Origin: an uncultured Gemmatimonadales bacterium
Lineage (GTDB): Bacteria; Gemmatimonadota; Gemmatimonadetes; Gemmatimonadales; GWC2-71-9
DNA: 64,000 nucleotides
NCBI GenBank assembly: GCA_963821525.1
Contig: CAWGED010000019.1
Location: 896,001 to 960,000 of the forward strand
Reading direction: 5' to 3'
A program made the position numbers and the translations under genes. The stretch's first letter is position 1. Each line of letters opens with the position of its first letter. Under the pieces are notes generated by a model. The model saw only the letters and a program-made list of their open reading frames with translations. It had not been told where the DNA came from and searched no databases. Shown here one piece after another: positions 43,385 to 52,269 of the stretch.

Positions 43385-43942
43385 TCACCCGCCGACGGGA
43401 CGACGGGCACGGGTGGCGGCATGCTGATAATCCCAGATGGCATACAGCGCGATCGCTGCCGTCGCCCAGGCCAGCGGCCGCACTAGCGGAGAGTCGGTAA
43501 TGGCGGCGGCCAGTGTCAGCATCTGCGCCAGAGTCACGGCCTTCCCGCCCAAGCGTGCCGGAATCGAGGCGGGGCGCCCGCTGACCAGCGTGACTACAAA
43601 GGCAACGGTTGCTACCACATCCCGCGCCAGCACGCCCAGGATCTCATACCAGGTGAGACGTCCGGAGAAGAGCACCACCGCAAAAGCGGCGGCCATGAAC
43701 AGCTTGTCCGCTACCGGATCAAGGAAGGCCCCCAGTTTGGATGGACCGACTCGGCGCGCCAGCGCACCGTCGAGCAGGTCGGTCAGGCCTGCGATCACCA
43801 GGATCACCAGCCGATGGTCATCGTCCTGCGCCAGGACAAACCATGCGGCGAGCGGGAGACGAAGCGCCGTGAGCGCATCAGCCGCACCGAAACGCGGTGC
43901 GGCGACTTGCTCGGCTTCTGAGCGAGGACTACTTTCGGACAT
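43385..43942 (-). CDS. CDP-alcohol phosphatidyltransferase
   Basis: TDLLDGALARR..GAFLDPVADK; GGAG SD. Confidence 0.9.
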   Translation of the reverse strand: MSESSPRSEAEQVAAPRFGAADALTALRLPLAAWFVLAQDDDHRLVILVIAGLTDLLDGALARRVGPSKLGAFLDPVADKLFMAAAFAVVLFSGRLTWYEILGVLARDVVATVAFVVTLVSGRPASIPARLGGKAVTLAQMLTLAAAITDSPLVRPLAWATAAIALYAIWDYQHAATRARRPVGG

Positions 43943-43970
43943 TCCGGTCCACTCTCCAGGGCGAGGCGCG

Positions 43971-44429
43971 ATGGATCTCCAGCTCCTCAAGAAAACTGCC
44001 ATCTTCGCGGACCTCGACGATGGGGAACTTGCCCGCGTGGCGGAAATTTGCAAAGAGCAGACGTTCAAATCGGGGCAGCACATTTTCAAGGAAGGCGAGC
44101 GGGGAAATCGCTTCTATCTGATCGTTTCGGGAGACGTCCGCATCAGCCGCGACATTCCGGGGAGCGGTGAAGAAGCACTCGCGGTCCTACAGCCGGGCGC
44201 CTGTTTCGGGGAGATGGCGGTGTTCGATCGCTCCGAGCGTTCGACCGACGCGGTCGCGAATGGCCCCGTCACCCTCATGACAATCACGCGACCCGATTTC
44301 GAGATTCTGCTCGATTTCAACCGCGACATGGCCTACAAGATTCTCCGGTCGATGGTTCGGCTGCTCTCCTCCAGATTGCGGGTGACCAACGATAACCTCC
44401 GCTCACTCCTCGCCATTTCGATGTTCTGA
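43971..44429 (+). CDS. Stand-alone cyclic nucleotide-binding domain protein
   Basis: IFKEGE, FYLIVSG, FGEMAV, RSTD; no HTH. Confidence 0.9.
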   Translation: MDLQLLKKTAIFADLDDGELARVAEICKEQTFKSGQHIFKEGERGNRFYLIVSGDVRISRDIPGSGEEALAVLQPGACFGEMAVFDRSERSTDAVANGPVTLMTITRPDFEILLDFNRDMAYKILRSMVRLLSSRLRVTNDNLRSLLAISMF

Positions 44430-44456
44430 GGCGTTCGGCCGTCAGGATACTGCCTG

Positions 44457-44771
44457 ATGTCGAGCTTCTCGCATTCCTGCACCCAACTCACCGGGATCAT
44501 GGGCGCCCGCCTGGGTGACGCGGCTGGATTGGCCGCTCTCGCCGCCGGCGCCGCCAGCGCCGCCGGACTTACCCCGTATGGTCCTCCGGTCCTCCACTCC
44601 GGACCCAAGGGCACCGTGGTCGCTGTCCTGTGTCACGGCGGCCATCTGATTCTGCATATCGAGCCCGATGCGGGACGCTGCCTCGTGGACATCGTTGCGG
44701 CGACACCGAACGCAGCCTCCAGAGGCACCGATGCCCTGGCAAAGCGGCTCAACGCTGAAGGACACCACTGA
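44457..44771 (+). CDS. S-adenosylmethionine decarboxylase (SpeD/SpeH)-like protein lacking the cleavage Ser
   Basis: AAGLT..P..H..PKGTVVAVLCHGGHLILHIEPD...VDI aligns by eye with G.T...L.ESH..IHT.PE...D. Confidence 0.6.
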   Translation: MSSFSHSCTQLTGIMGARLGDAAGLAALAAGAASAAGLTPYGPPVLHSGPKGTVVAVLCHGGHLILHIEPDAGRCLVDIVAATPNAASRGTDALAKRLNAEGHH

Positions 44772-45217
44772 TGCTCAAGGAAAGCCCCGATCATCACGAT
44801 GCCGATCTGATTCTGAAGATCTACGATCTGCGGATGGAAGCCGTGCTGCGGGAGTCGCGCGCGAAACTCCGGGCCGAATTCTGGCCGGGCAACGCCGAGG
44901 AGGCGATTGCGATCACTCGCGGCGACCACCCGCTCAATACTGAGTACCGCCAGGTATCAACCTACTGGGAGATGGTCTACGGGATGGCCCACCACGGCGT
45001 GATCCATCCCGACTTCCTGATCGACAACAACGCCGAAGGTCTCACGAACTTCGCGCGGATAGAGCCTTATCTCGCCGAGATCCGCACCGCTACTTCGCCG
45101 CGGTCCTTCCAGCACACCGAGTGGGCAGCCGTACACACCGAAATGGGGCAACGCCTGATGAGCATTTTCCGGCCCCGCGTGGCTCACGAGCTGGCCGCTC
45201 GAAAAGCGCGACGCTAG
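44771..45217 (+). CDS. Hypothetical helical protein
   Basis: TGATG coupling; DADLILKIYDLR, RQVSTYWEM. Confidence 0.75.
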   Translation: MLKESPDHHDADLILKIYDLRMEAVLRESRAKLRAEFWPGNAEEAIAITRGDHPLNTEYRQVSTYWEMVYGMAHHGVIHPDFLIDNNAEGLTNFARIEPYLAEIRTATSPRSFQHTEWAAVHTEMGQRLMSIFRPRVAHELAARKARR

Positions 45218-47841
45218 CGACCTCCGCCCACACCTCGCACAATGCCTTCCGCGCGTACCCCGCTGGGGAATTGCCCCGCCACGGCGAGAACTTGCTCGGC
45301 GGTCACGGACCGATAGCGGTCCGCTGTTCCTTCCAGGTCGGACAAGCCATTGCCAGTGAGCCAGGCCTCGACGATCTCTGAAGCCAAAGCCGAAGCCGAC
45401 TGCCGTTCTACGTCAACCTGGCCCGCCAGATAGTTTCTGGCCCGGTTGAGCTCATCTGCGGTCACCCGGTCCGCAGCGAAGCGCGACAGTTCTTCCAACA
45501 TGGCCGACCGAGCCTCCTCCTCTCGCTCCGGCGCGGTTGCGATGTAGGTGACCAAGGCACCGGCCCGTCCCTTCTGCCAGGAAGACGCCACAACGGTGTA
45601 GGCCAGCGATCGCTTGTCGCGCAACGTCTCGAACAACCTGCCACCGAGCCCGCTCGCAATCGCCGCCCAGATCTCAGCGGCCAATCTCTGAGAACTCTTG
45701 CGGGAGGGTCCTGGGAACGCCATCGCCATTGCCGTCTGGGCCTTGCTCCGGTTAACCACTCGCTCGACCGGCTCACCATCGAGGACCCACTGGAGATCCT
45801 CCGGCGCTCGAGCAGCAGCCCTGGCTGCGTCCTCACCGAACACGCCGGCGAGAGAATCCCGCGCCTGCTCCGGAGTCAGGTCGCCGACAGCGACGACCAC
45901 ACCGCGGGCCGGATCGAGGCGGGTCCGGTGCCAGTTGCGGACATCCTCCGGAGTGAGAGTCTCGACGCTGTCCGGCAATCCGATGGCGGGAACTCCATAA
46001 CCGCGATCGCCATACGCGGCGCCAAAGGCGAGCTGGAAGGGATAGCGGAACATGTCGTCTGTTACCTGAGCCGCTTCCTCGGCGAGCAGTCTCTGCTCCG
46101 CTCGCACTTGCTCTTCGACGAATCGCGGCTCGCGGAAGACAGATCTCAGGAGTCCTGCCGCTTCCCCCAGATTCGGCGCCAGCACCGTCGTAACAAAACC
46201 GCACCAATCGTAGGTGACGCTCGACCCGAGCGTGCCTCCTAGCCGCTCGAAGGCGAAGGCCAGGGCGGCAGCGTCGAGCTCCCCTGCTCCACGAATTGCA
46301 CTGCGGATAGTCAGGGCGCCGAGTCCTGCCTGGCTCGCATCCTCGAAGTGCAGGCGCGGGACGTAGAGTCCGAGTGAGACGGTCGGCACTCCCGGTTTGC
46401 GTTTGATCAGCAGGTCCCATCCGGGGAGGGCCGCATGCAGCACGCCAGCTTCCTCGCGGCTCGAGCTCTTTCGTGCAGCTCGGGGTGGGGCAAGTGCGGG
46501 TGAGAGCTCGCGCGCGCTGCTGGCTCCGCGTCGGGAGAACGCGGTGGTGAGGATGCCAGGCGTCAGATCATCCCCCCGGTCACGAGGGTGGCAAACCACC
46601 GCGGCCAGCCGATCCGGCAGCAAGACTCTCGCGGCCGCCTCTCGGACCCGGTCACCACCGATCGTGGCGAGCTCCTCAAACTCCCGATCCAACAGCGAGA
46701 TGTCCTCGAGCGCTTCGGCTCCCGCGAGTGCGGCTGCTCGACCCACCATCGACTCCATTCGGCGAGCCCACCGGGTCAGGAGAAGCGCGCGGGCCCGCTC
46801 CAGATCCGCGGGGGGCGCACCGTGGGTGCTCAGCCGATTGACCGCAGCGGCCGTCGCGTCGAGTACGGCCTCCATTCGGCCCGGATCGAACTCCGCGCCC
46901 ACGCTGAAGACGCCGATCTCGGTCGGGGAGTAGTGGTGCGCGCCCACCGAGGTCGCGATCCCGGCCTCGCGCAGGCTCTGGTACAACCAACTTCCTCTTC
47001 CCGCACCGAGAATCGCGGCGGCCAGATCGAGGGCCACCGCGTCGCGATCCAGCGCGGGAACACCCTGCCATCCGATCGCCAGCTCACTCAGGGTCACATC
47101 GGCACGCAGAGTCCGTCCCCGAATATCGCGGCGCTCCGGCTCGGATGGGGAGAGGTCCACGGCGCCAGGAGCCGGTGCCCAGTCTCCATAAGCGGCGCGA
47201 GCCAGATCCAGAGCGGCTTCAGGATCCACGTCACCGACAATCCCGACAATGGTTCGTGACGGCACGTAGCGGGACTTGTAGTACCCCAGCACGTCCTCCT
47301 GGGTGAACTTCGCGAGATCTTCCTCTCGCCCAATACGCCAGCGCCGCATTCGGTGCCGGTCGTACATCGTTTCATGCAGGGTTTCCGCGGTGAGCGCGGC
47401 GGGAGTGTCGAGCTTTCTACGGGCCTCCTGAATGACTACGCCAAGCTCCCGGCGCAACTCGTCGGGATCGATGAGTGAGTGCTGCAGCGCATCGGATTGA
47501 ATGTCGATCGCGGCCGGGAGGCTCGAGGCCGGCAAGGCGACGACATAAGAGGTGTGATCGTAGGTGGTCGAGGCGTTCAGGTACCCGCCGGCGGCCTTGG
47601 TCTCTTTAGCGATTTCGCCAACTCTCCGGCGGGGCGTCCCCTTGAAGAACATGTGCTCCAGCACATGGGAAATGCCGACCCACCGATCCGGCTCGTCGAA
47701 GAATCCGGCCTTGACGTGAGTGACGACCGCGGCGACCCGCGCGGAACGTTCGGGCAGGACGAGCAGGGTCAGCCCGTTGGGGAGTACCTCGCGGCGTACT
47801 CCCTGCGTCCATCCGGTAAGAGAGTGATGTGAGATGGCCAT
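45214..47841 (-). CDS. M16 family zinc protease (pitrilysin-like, fused halves)
   Basis: LPNGL, GISHVLEHMFFKGT (HxxEH), NAST, second half RLFETLRDKRSLAY. Confidence 0.93.
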   Translation of the reverse strand: MAISHHSLTGWTQGVRREVLPNGLTLLVLPERSARVAAVVTHVKAGFFDEPDRWVGISHVLEHMFFKGTPRRRVGEIAKETKAAGGYLNASTTYDHTSYVVALPASSLPAAIDIQSDALQHSLIDPDELRRELGVVIQEARRKLDTPAALTAETLHETMYDRHRMRRWRIGREEDLAKFTQEDVLGYYKSRYVPSRTIVGIVGDVDPEAALDLARAAYGDWAPAPGAVDLSPSEPERRDIRGRTLRADVTLSELAIGWQGVPALDRDAVALDLAAAILGAGRGSWLYQSLREAGIATSVGAHHYSPTEIGVFSVGAEFDPGRMEAVLDATAAAVNRLSTHGAPPADLERARALLLTRWARRMESMVGRAAALAGAEALEDISLLDREFEELATIGGDRVREAAARVLLPDRLAAVVCHPRDRGDDLTPGILTTAFSRRGASSARELSPALAPPRAARKSSSREEAGVLHAALPGWDLLIKRKPGVPTVSLGLYVPRLHFEDASQAGLGALTIRSAIRGAGELDAAALAFAFERLGGTLGSSVTYDWCGFVTTVLAPNLGEAAGLLRSVFREPRFVEEQVRAEQRLLAEEAAQVTDDMFRYPFQLAFGAAYGDRGYGVPAIGLPDSVETLTPEDVRNWHRTRLDPARGVVVAVGDLTPEQARDSLAGVFGEDAARAAARAPEDLQWVLDGEPVERVVNRSKAQTAMAMAFPGPSRKSSQRLAAEIWAAIASGLGGRLFETLRDKRSLAYTVVASSWQKGRAGALVTYIATAPEREEEARSAMLEELSRFAADRVTADELNRARNYLAGQVDVERQSASALASEIVEAWLTGNGLSDLEGTADRYRSVTAEQVLAVAGQFPSGVRAEGIVRGVGGGR

Positions 47842-47916
47842 CCTGAAAATGGTAGCGCCGCACGAGGGTGCGGCGCTACCACAGCCGGAGAAGCCGGCCG
47901 CTGAGAGAGGCTGCGC

Positions 47917-49032
47917 TTAGACCAGCCGAAGAACCCCCGCCTCCACGCTACCGAGGATGAACGCTTCGGGATCGGTGGTCGGGATGATGACCCCGGTCTC
48001 CGCCACTCCTCGCCGGGCTAGATCAACCATGAACTCCATCATCGTGGCGTGGGCCCATTCCCGGTCCGCCGCCTTCATCTGTTGCAGAATCTCCTCCCAC
48101 GAGCCGCGAAAGGTCCGGCCGGTGAGAGTCGTTACCGCGTGAGGCCCGCCACCGGTGGGCCGTTTCTGCATCGCGTGCAATTCGGTGAGCAGAGTCCCGA
48201 AGAGCTCGAGCTGGGTGGGGTCACGCAGAGTGCCGTCGGGCTGGGTCGCCTCGACTTCGGCCAGCAACAGGTCCAGGGTGTCCGGTTCGCCCGCAACCTC
48301 ACCAAGCCGGGTAAACCAGGGACGCAGCTCGGGATCATCATCCGGCAGGTGGTAGACCACCTTCTTGAGCTCGATCAATCGCCAGATGCCCAGCTCGTCG
48401 TAGTGATCCTCGGGGACGGTTTGATGCAGGTGATGAAGAGCCGCGTCGGTTTCACCACGATCATAGAGCATGTTCGCGAGATAGATCCGCGCCTCGCTGT
48501 AATGCGGATCGATCTGCAGCGCCCGGCGCAGCCAGTAGAGAGCGCCGCTCTCGTCGTTCAACCGGTGCGCTGCGTACCCAACGCAGGCCGAAGCCTCGGC
48601 GCAGTCGGGTTGAGCATTCACGGCGAACTCGAAGAACCGCTGCGCTGCGGCGAGAATTCCCTCTCGGAACAGTGCACGGCCGATCTGCAGCATCAGCTCG
48701 TGATCATCCCGAAAGCCCAGCACCAGGATCTGTTCGAACGCCGTCAGTGCTCCGTGACGATCCCCCAGCTTGAGCAGCACCTCTCCGTATCCCGCCAGCG
48801 CGTCTTCATGGTCCGAATCGAGCGCCAGAGCGGTCTCAAAACTGCGCCGCGCCCACGCGATCTCTTCACGGGCGAGAAACGCGTAAGCCATCCCGACGTG
48901 GAGTTCCACGGAGTTGGGATAGAGTGCGGTGCCTTCTCGGAGAAGGTCGACAGCGTCGTCGTAGCGGCCGTCGTTGTACAACTGGTGGGCGTGTTCGTCG
49001 TAGTCGTCGGAGCTGAAAAACCGATCGTCCAT
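47917..49032 (-). CDS. Tetratricopeptide repeat protein
   Basis: Multiple TPR-like helices; ATG 49032 with GGAGG SD. Confidence 0.85.
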   Translation of the reverse strand: MDDRFFSSDDYDEHAHQLYNDGRYDDAVDLLREGTALYPNSVELHVGMAYAFLAREEIAWARRSFETALALDSDHEDALAGYGEVLLKLGDRHGALTAFEQILVLGFRDDHELMLQIGRALFREGILAAAQRFFEFAVNAQPDCAEASACVGYAAHRLNDESGALYWLRRALQIDPHYSEARIYLANMLYDRGETDAALHHLHQTVPEDHYDELGIWRLIELKKVVYHLPDDDPELRPWFTRLGEVAGEPDTLDLLLAEVEATQPDGTLRDPTQLELFGTLLTELHAMQKRPTGGGPHAVTTLTGRTFRGSWEEILQQMKAADREWAHATMMEFMVDLARRGVAETGVIIPTTDPEAFILGSVEAGVLRLV

Positions 49033-49122
49033 CGGGGGGTGCCTCCGGTGACGAATGAACGTAAAGGTAGGAAGGTCGCCCATCAGGAACAAGGGAGGCC
49101 GCAGGTCCCAAGTCCTTTCCAG

Positions 49123-49164
49123 TTGACAATCTACGTGTCGCAAATATGTTACTTACTGGTCAGT
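49123..49164 (+). promoter_or_regulatory. Sigma70 promoter and probable TetR operator
   Basis: TTGACA-16-TATGTT followed directly by the imperfect palindrome ACTTACTGGTCAGT. Confidence 0.65.
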
Positions 49165-49183
49165 TATTTAGGAGACAGGCCAC

Positions 49184-49852
49184 ATGTCGAGCTCAACTGC
49201 CGAAGATCGCGTGCCCCGTTGGCAACGCCGGCCCGAGTCGCGCCCCGAAGAAATCCTCGAGGCTGCGCTGCACGTGTTCGGAGAGCAGGGATTCGCCCGT
49301 ACTCGCCTCGAAGAGGTGGCGCGACGGGCCGGGGTGAGCAAAGGAACGCTGTATCTCTACTTCAAGTCGAAGGAAGATCTCTTCCGGGAGATGGCGCGGG
49401 CCTGCGTGAGTGCCAGCGTCGCCCAAGAAGAGGAATTTGTCCGCACCTTCGAGGGCTCGACGAGGGATCTGCTCGAACAGTTCATCCGGCGTTACTGGGC
49501 CAAGATGAATGAGCCCGCCAATCTCCGGCTGGTCCGTGTCGTACAGCTCGAGCTGACCAACTTCCCCGAGCTGGCCCGCTTCTTCTTCCAGGAAGTCATC
49601 CTGCGGATGCGGAGCCTGATCCAGTCCATCATCGAGTTGGGGATCGAGCGGGGCGAGTTCCGGCCGGTTAATCCGGGGTTCGCCGCCCGGGCACTGCAAA
49701 CACTCTGCGCCCAATTGGCGCAGTCACAGCACCACTTCCGCGCCTACGATATCCATCCCATGTCGCACGATGAGCTCCAGTCGGGGATCATCGACTTGTT
49801 CCTGAACGGGGTCCTGCAGCAGCCCGCTTCAGAGTTGAAGGAAAGTGTATGA
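49184..49852 (+). CDS. TetR/AcrR transcriptional regulator
   Basis: EVARRAGVSKGTLYLYFKSKE. Confidence 0.95.
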   Translation: MSSSTAEDRVPRWQRRPESRPEEILEAALHVFGEQGFARTRLEEVARRAGVSKGTLYLYFKSKEDLFREMARACVSASVAQEEEFVRTFEGSTRDLLEQFIRRYWAKMNEPANLRLVRVVQLELTNFPELARFFFQEVILRMRSLIQSIIELGIERGEFRPVNPGFAARALQTLCAQLAQSQHHFRAYDIHPMSHDELQSGIIDLFLNGVLQQPASELKESV

Positions 49853-51150
49853 CCCGGACCTCATTAGTGATTCTCGCTGCTCTGGCCCTCACTCAGAGCG
49901 CCGCGGCGCAGGTCAGCCCCGGGCCGCTCACTCTGGCTCAAGCCATTGCCCTCGGGCGGGAGCGCGGCATCAACGCGGCCCTGGCCCGTTACAACGTCCA
50001 GGTGGCGGATGCCCGCGCCGGTCAGCGGCGGGCGGATCTCCTGCCCACTGTCACGCTGAACGGTTCTATCGCGCGAAAGACGATCAACTTCGAAGAGTTC
50101 GGATTCCCCGGGATCATCGGGGTCGGCCCCGACTTCAATGTGGTCAATTTCAACATCCAGGGCTCCCAGACGATTTTCAACCTGAGTTCGATTTCGCGGC
50201 TCCGCGCGGCCAAGGATTCGGCATTGGCCAGCGGCTACGACGCGCGAGCGGTTGGTGACCTCTCTGCAGCCGAGGCGGGCCTCGCATACTTGCAGGTATT
50301 GAGCGCTGAAGAGGCCGTCACGGCCCGCTTGGCCGACAGCAGTATCGCGGCTGAACTGCTGGACCAGGCGAAGAAACTCACCGCGGCAGGCGTGAGTCCG
50401 ATCATCGACCAGACCCGGAGCGAGGTGAACTTCGCCACGGTCCGGACCCAGCTCGAGGTGGCGCGCAACGAGCGTGACCGGTCTCGGCTGGATCTGGCCC
50501 GGGCGCTCGAGCTGCCTCCGTCGCAGCCGATTGTTTTGTCGGACTCGCTCGGGCCGGCTACGCTGACCGTGCCAAAGGATAGCGAAGAGGCCGTCGCCTT
50601 CGCGCTGGCGCACCGGCCCGACCTGCTGGCCGAGCAGCAGAGAACCAAGTCGATAGAAACCTCGCATCGCGCGATTGGACAGGAATACATCCCCAGTCTC
50701 GTCGCCAGTGGAGCCCTGTTCGAGAGCGGGAAGGAATTCAGCACCCTCGACAACACCTACGTGGTGCAGCTCGGCATCAGCCTCCCCTTGCTCGATGGCT
50801 TCAAACGGCCGGCCCGGCAACAGGAAGCGCAGGCGCGGGTGGACGCGCAGAAGCTGCGGGAAAGTGACCTCCGCCTGGAGGTGGAGACCGAAACCCGCCA
50901 GGCACTTCTGGATCTCACCTCCGCCGAGCAGCAGGTGACCCTGGCCACCGACCGGGTGCGCCTCTCCGAGCAGGAGTTGGCGCAGGCCCAGCAGCGCTTT
51001 GACGCAGGTGTGGCAGGCAGTATCGAGACGACCAACGCCCAGGGCGCGCTCTTCACCGCCCGAAACGCGTTGATCCAGGCTCGCGTTGGATATGCAACCG
51101 CCCGGGTGAGGACCTATCGGGCGCTGGGTGTCGTGGATCAACTCCAGTAA
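49849..51150 (+). CDS. TolC-family outer membrane efflux protein
   Basis: LTLAQAI, LLP, LPLLDG; OEP repeats. Confidence 0.92.
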   Translation: MTRTSLVILAALALTQSAAAQVSPGPLTLAQAIALGRERGINAALARYNVQVADARAGQRRADLLPTVTLNGSIARKTINFEEFGFPGIIGVGPDFNVVNFNIQGSQTIFNLSSISRLRAAKDSALASGYDARAVGDLSAAEAGLAYLQVLSAEEAVTARLADSSIAAELLDQAKKLTAAGVSPIIDQTRSEVNFATVRTQLEVARNERDRSRLDLARALELPPSQPIVLSDSLGPATLTVPKDSEEAVAFALAHRPDLLAEQQRTKSIETSHRAIGQEYIPSLVASGALFESGKEFSTLDNTYVVQLGISLPLLDGFKRPARQQEAQARVDAQKLRESDLRLEVETETRQALLDLTSAEQQVTLATDRVRLSEQELAQAQQRFDAGVAGSIETTNAQGALFTARNALIQARVGYATARVRTYRALGVVDQLQ

Positions 51151-51173
51151 CGGAATCGGATAGGAAGCTTTCT

Positions 51174-52263
51174 ATGGCAACGCATGCAGTAGAATCGACA
51201 CTCGAAACCTCAGTCCCCGTCAGGAAACGGCGGGTGCTGTCCGATCATTGTCGTGACAACCGCCGCGCTCGTCCTGGGAGCATTCGCCTTCACCAAGTGG
51301 CGCTTCTCCCAAGTGCACGAGACGACAGACAATGCCCAGGTTGATGGCCACATCACGATCATCTCGCCCCGGGTTCAGGCCTTCGTCGCTCAGGTCCGGG
51401 TGGACGACAACCAGCGGGTGAAGCAGGGCGACACGCTGGTTGTGCTGGACGATCGGGACCTGCGGGTGAAGGAAGCTCAAGCCAGGGCCGACCTCGCGAG
51501 CGCGCTGGCGGCAGCGGGAAGCCACACCCGTGGCGGGCAAGCCCAGGCCCAGCTGGCCTGGAGCGAGGCTCAGGCTTCGAGCGCGCAGGCCAACGTCGCT
51601 TCCGCCGAGGCCGCCGCCCGGAAAGCCGCAGCGGACCTGGAACGGATGAAAGTGCTGGCCAATGAACGCATCGTGCCGCCGCAACAGTTGGATGAATCCG
51701 AGGCTGCGGCTGATGCCGCCAAGGCCAATCTCTCCGCCGCACAGAAGCAGGCCTCCGCAGCGCAGAGCCAGGTCTCGGCGTATGGCGCAGCGGTGACCGG
51801 GGCGACCGCCCGGCTGGAGAGTGCTCAGGCAGCGCTCGACAACGCGCAGCTCCAGCGGAGCTATACCGTCATCACAGCCCCCATGGCAGGGGTCGTGGCC
51901 AAGAGGAGCGTGGAGCCCGGCGCTCTCGTCAGTATTGGCCAGGGATTGATGCAGTTGATTCCGGAAAACGACATGTGGGTCACAGCGAACCTCAAGGAGA
52001 CGCAGGTCCGCGATGTGAATCCCGGCGACAAGGCCACCTTCACGGTTGACGCCTATCCCGGCCGCACGTTCTACGGTCACGTCGAAAGCCTGAGTCCGGC
52101 GACCGGCGCGCGGTTCTCTCTACTGCCGCCCGACAACGCTACGGGGAACTTCACCAAGGTGGTGCAGCGGGTCCCGGTGCGGATTGCGGTGGATTCCGGT
52201 GCAGATGCCGAGCATCCACTTCGCCCGGGCATGTCGGTCGACGCCACGATCCAGACCAAGTAA
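51174..52263 (+). CDS. emrA: EmrA/HlyD-family membrane fusion protein (1-bp insertion ~51240)
   Basis: TTDNAQV, ANLKETQ, FSLLPPDNATGNFTKVVQRVPV; ATG 51174 with SD is one base out of frame. Confidence 0.9.
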
Positions 52264-52269
52264 GGACCG

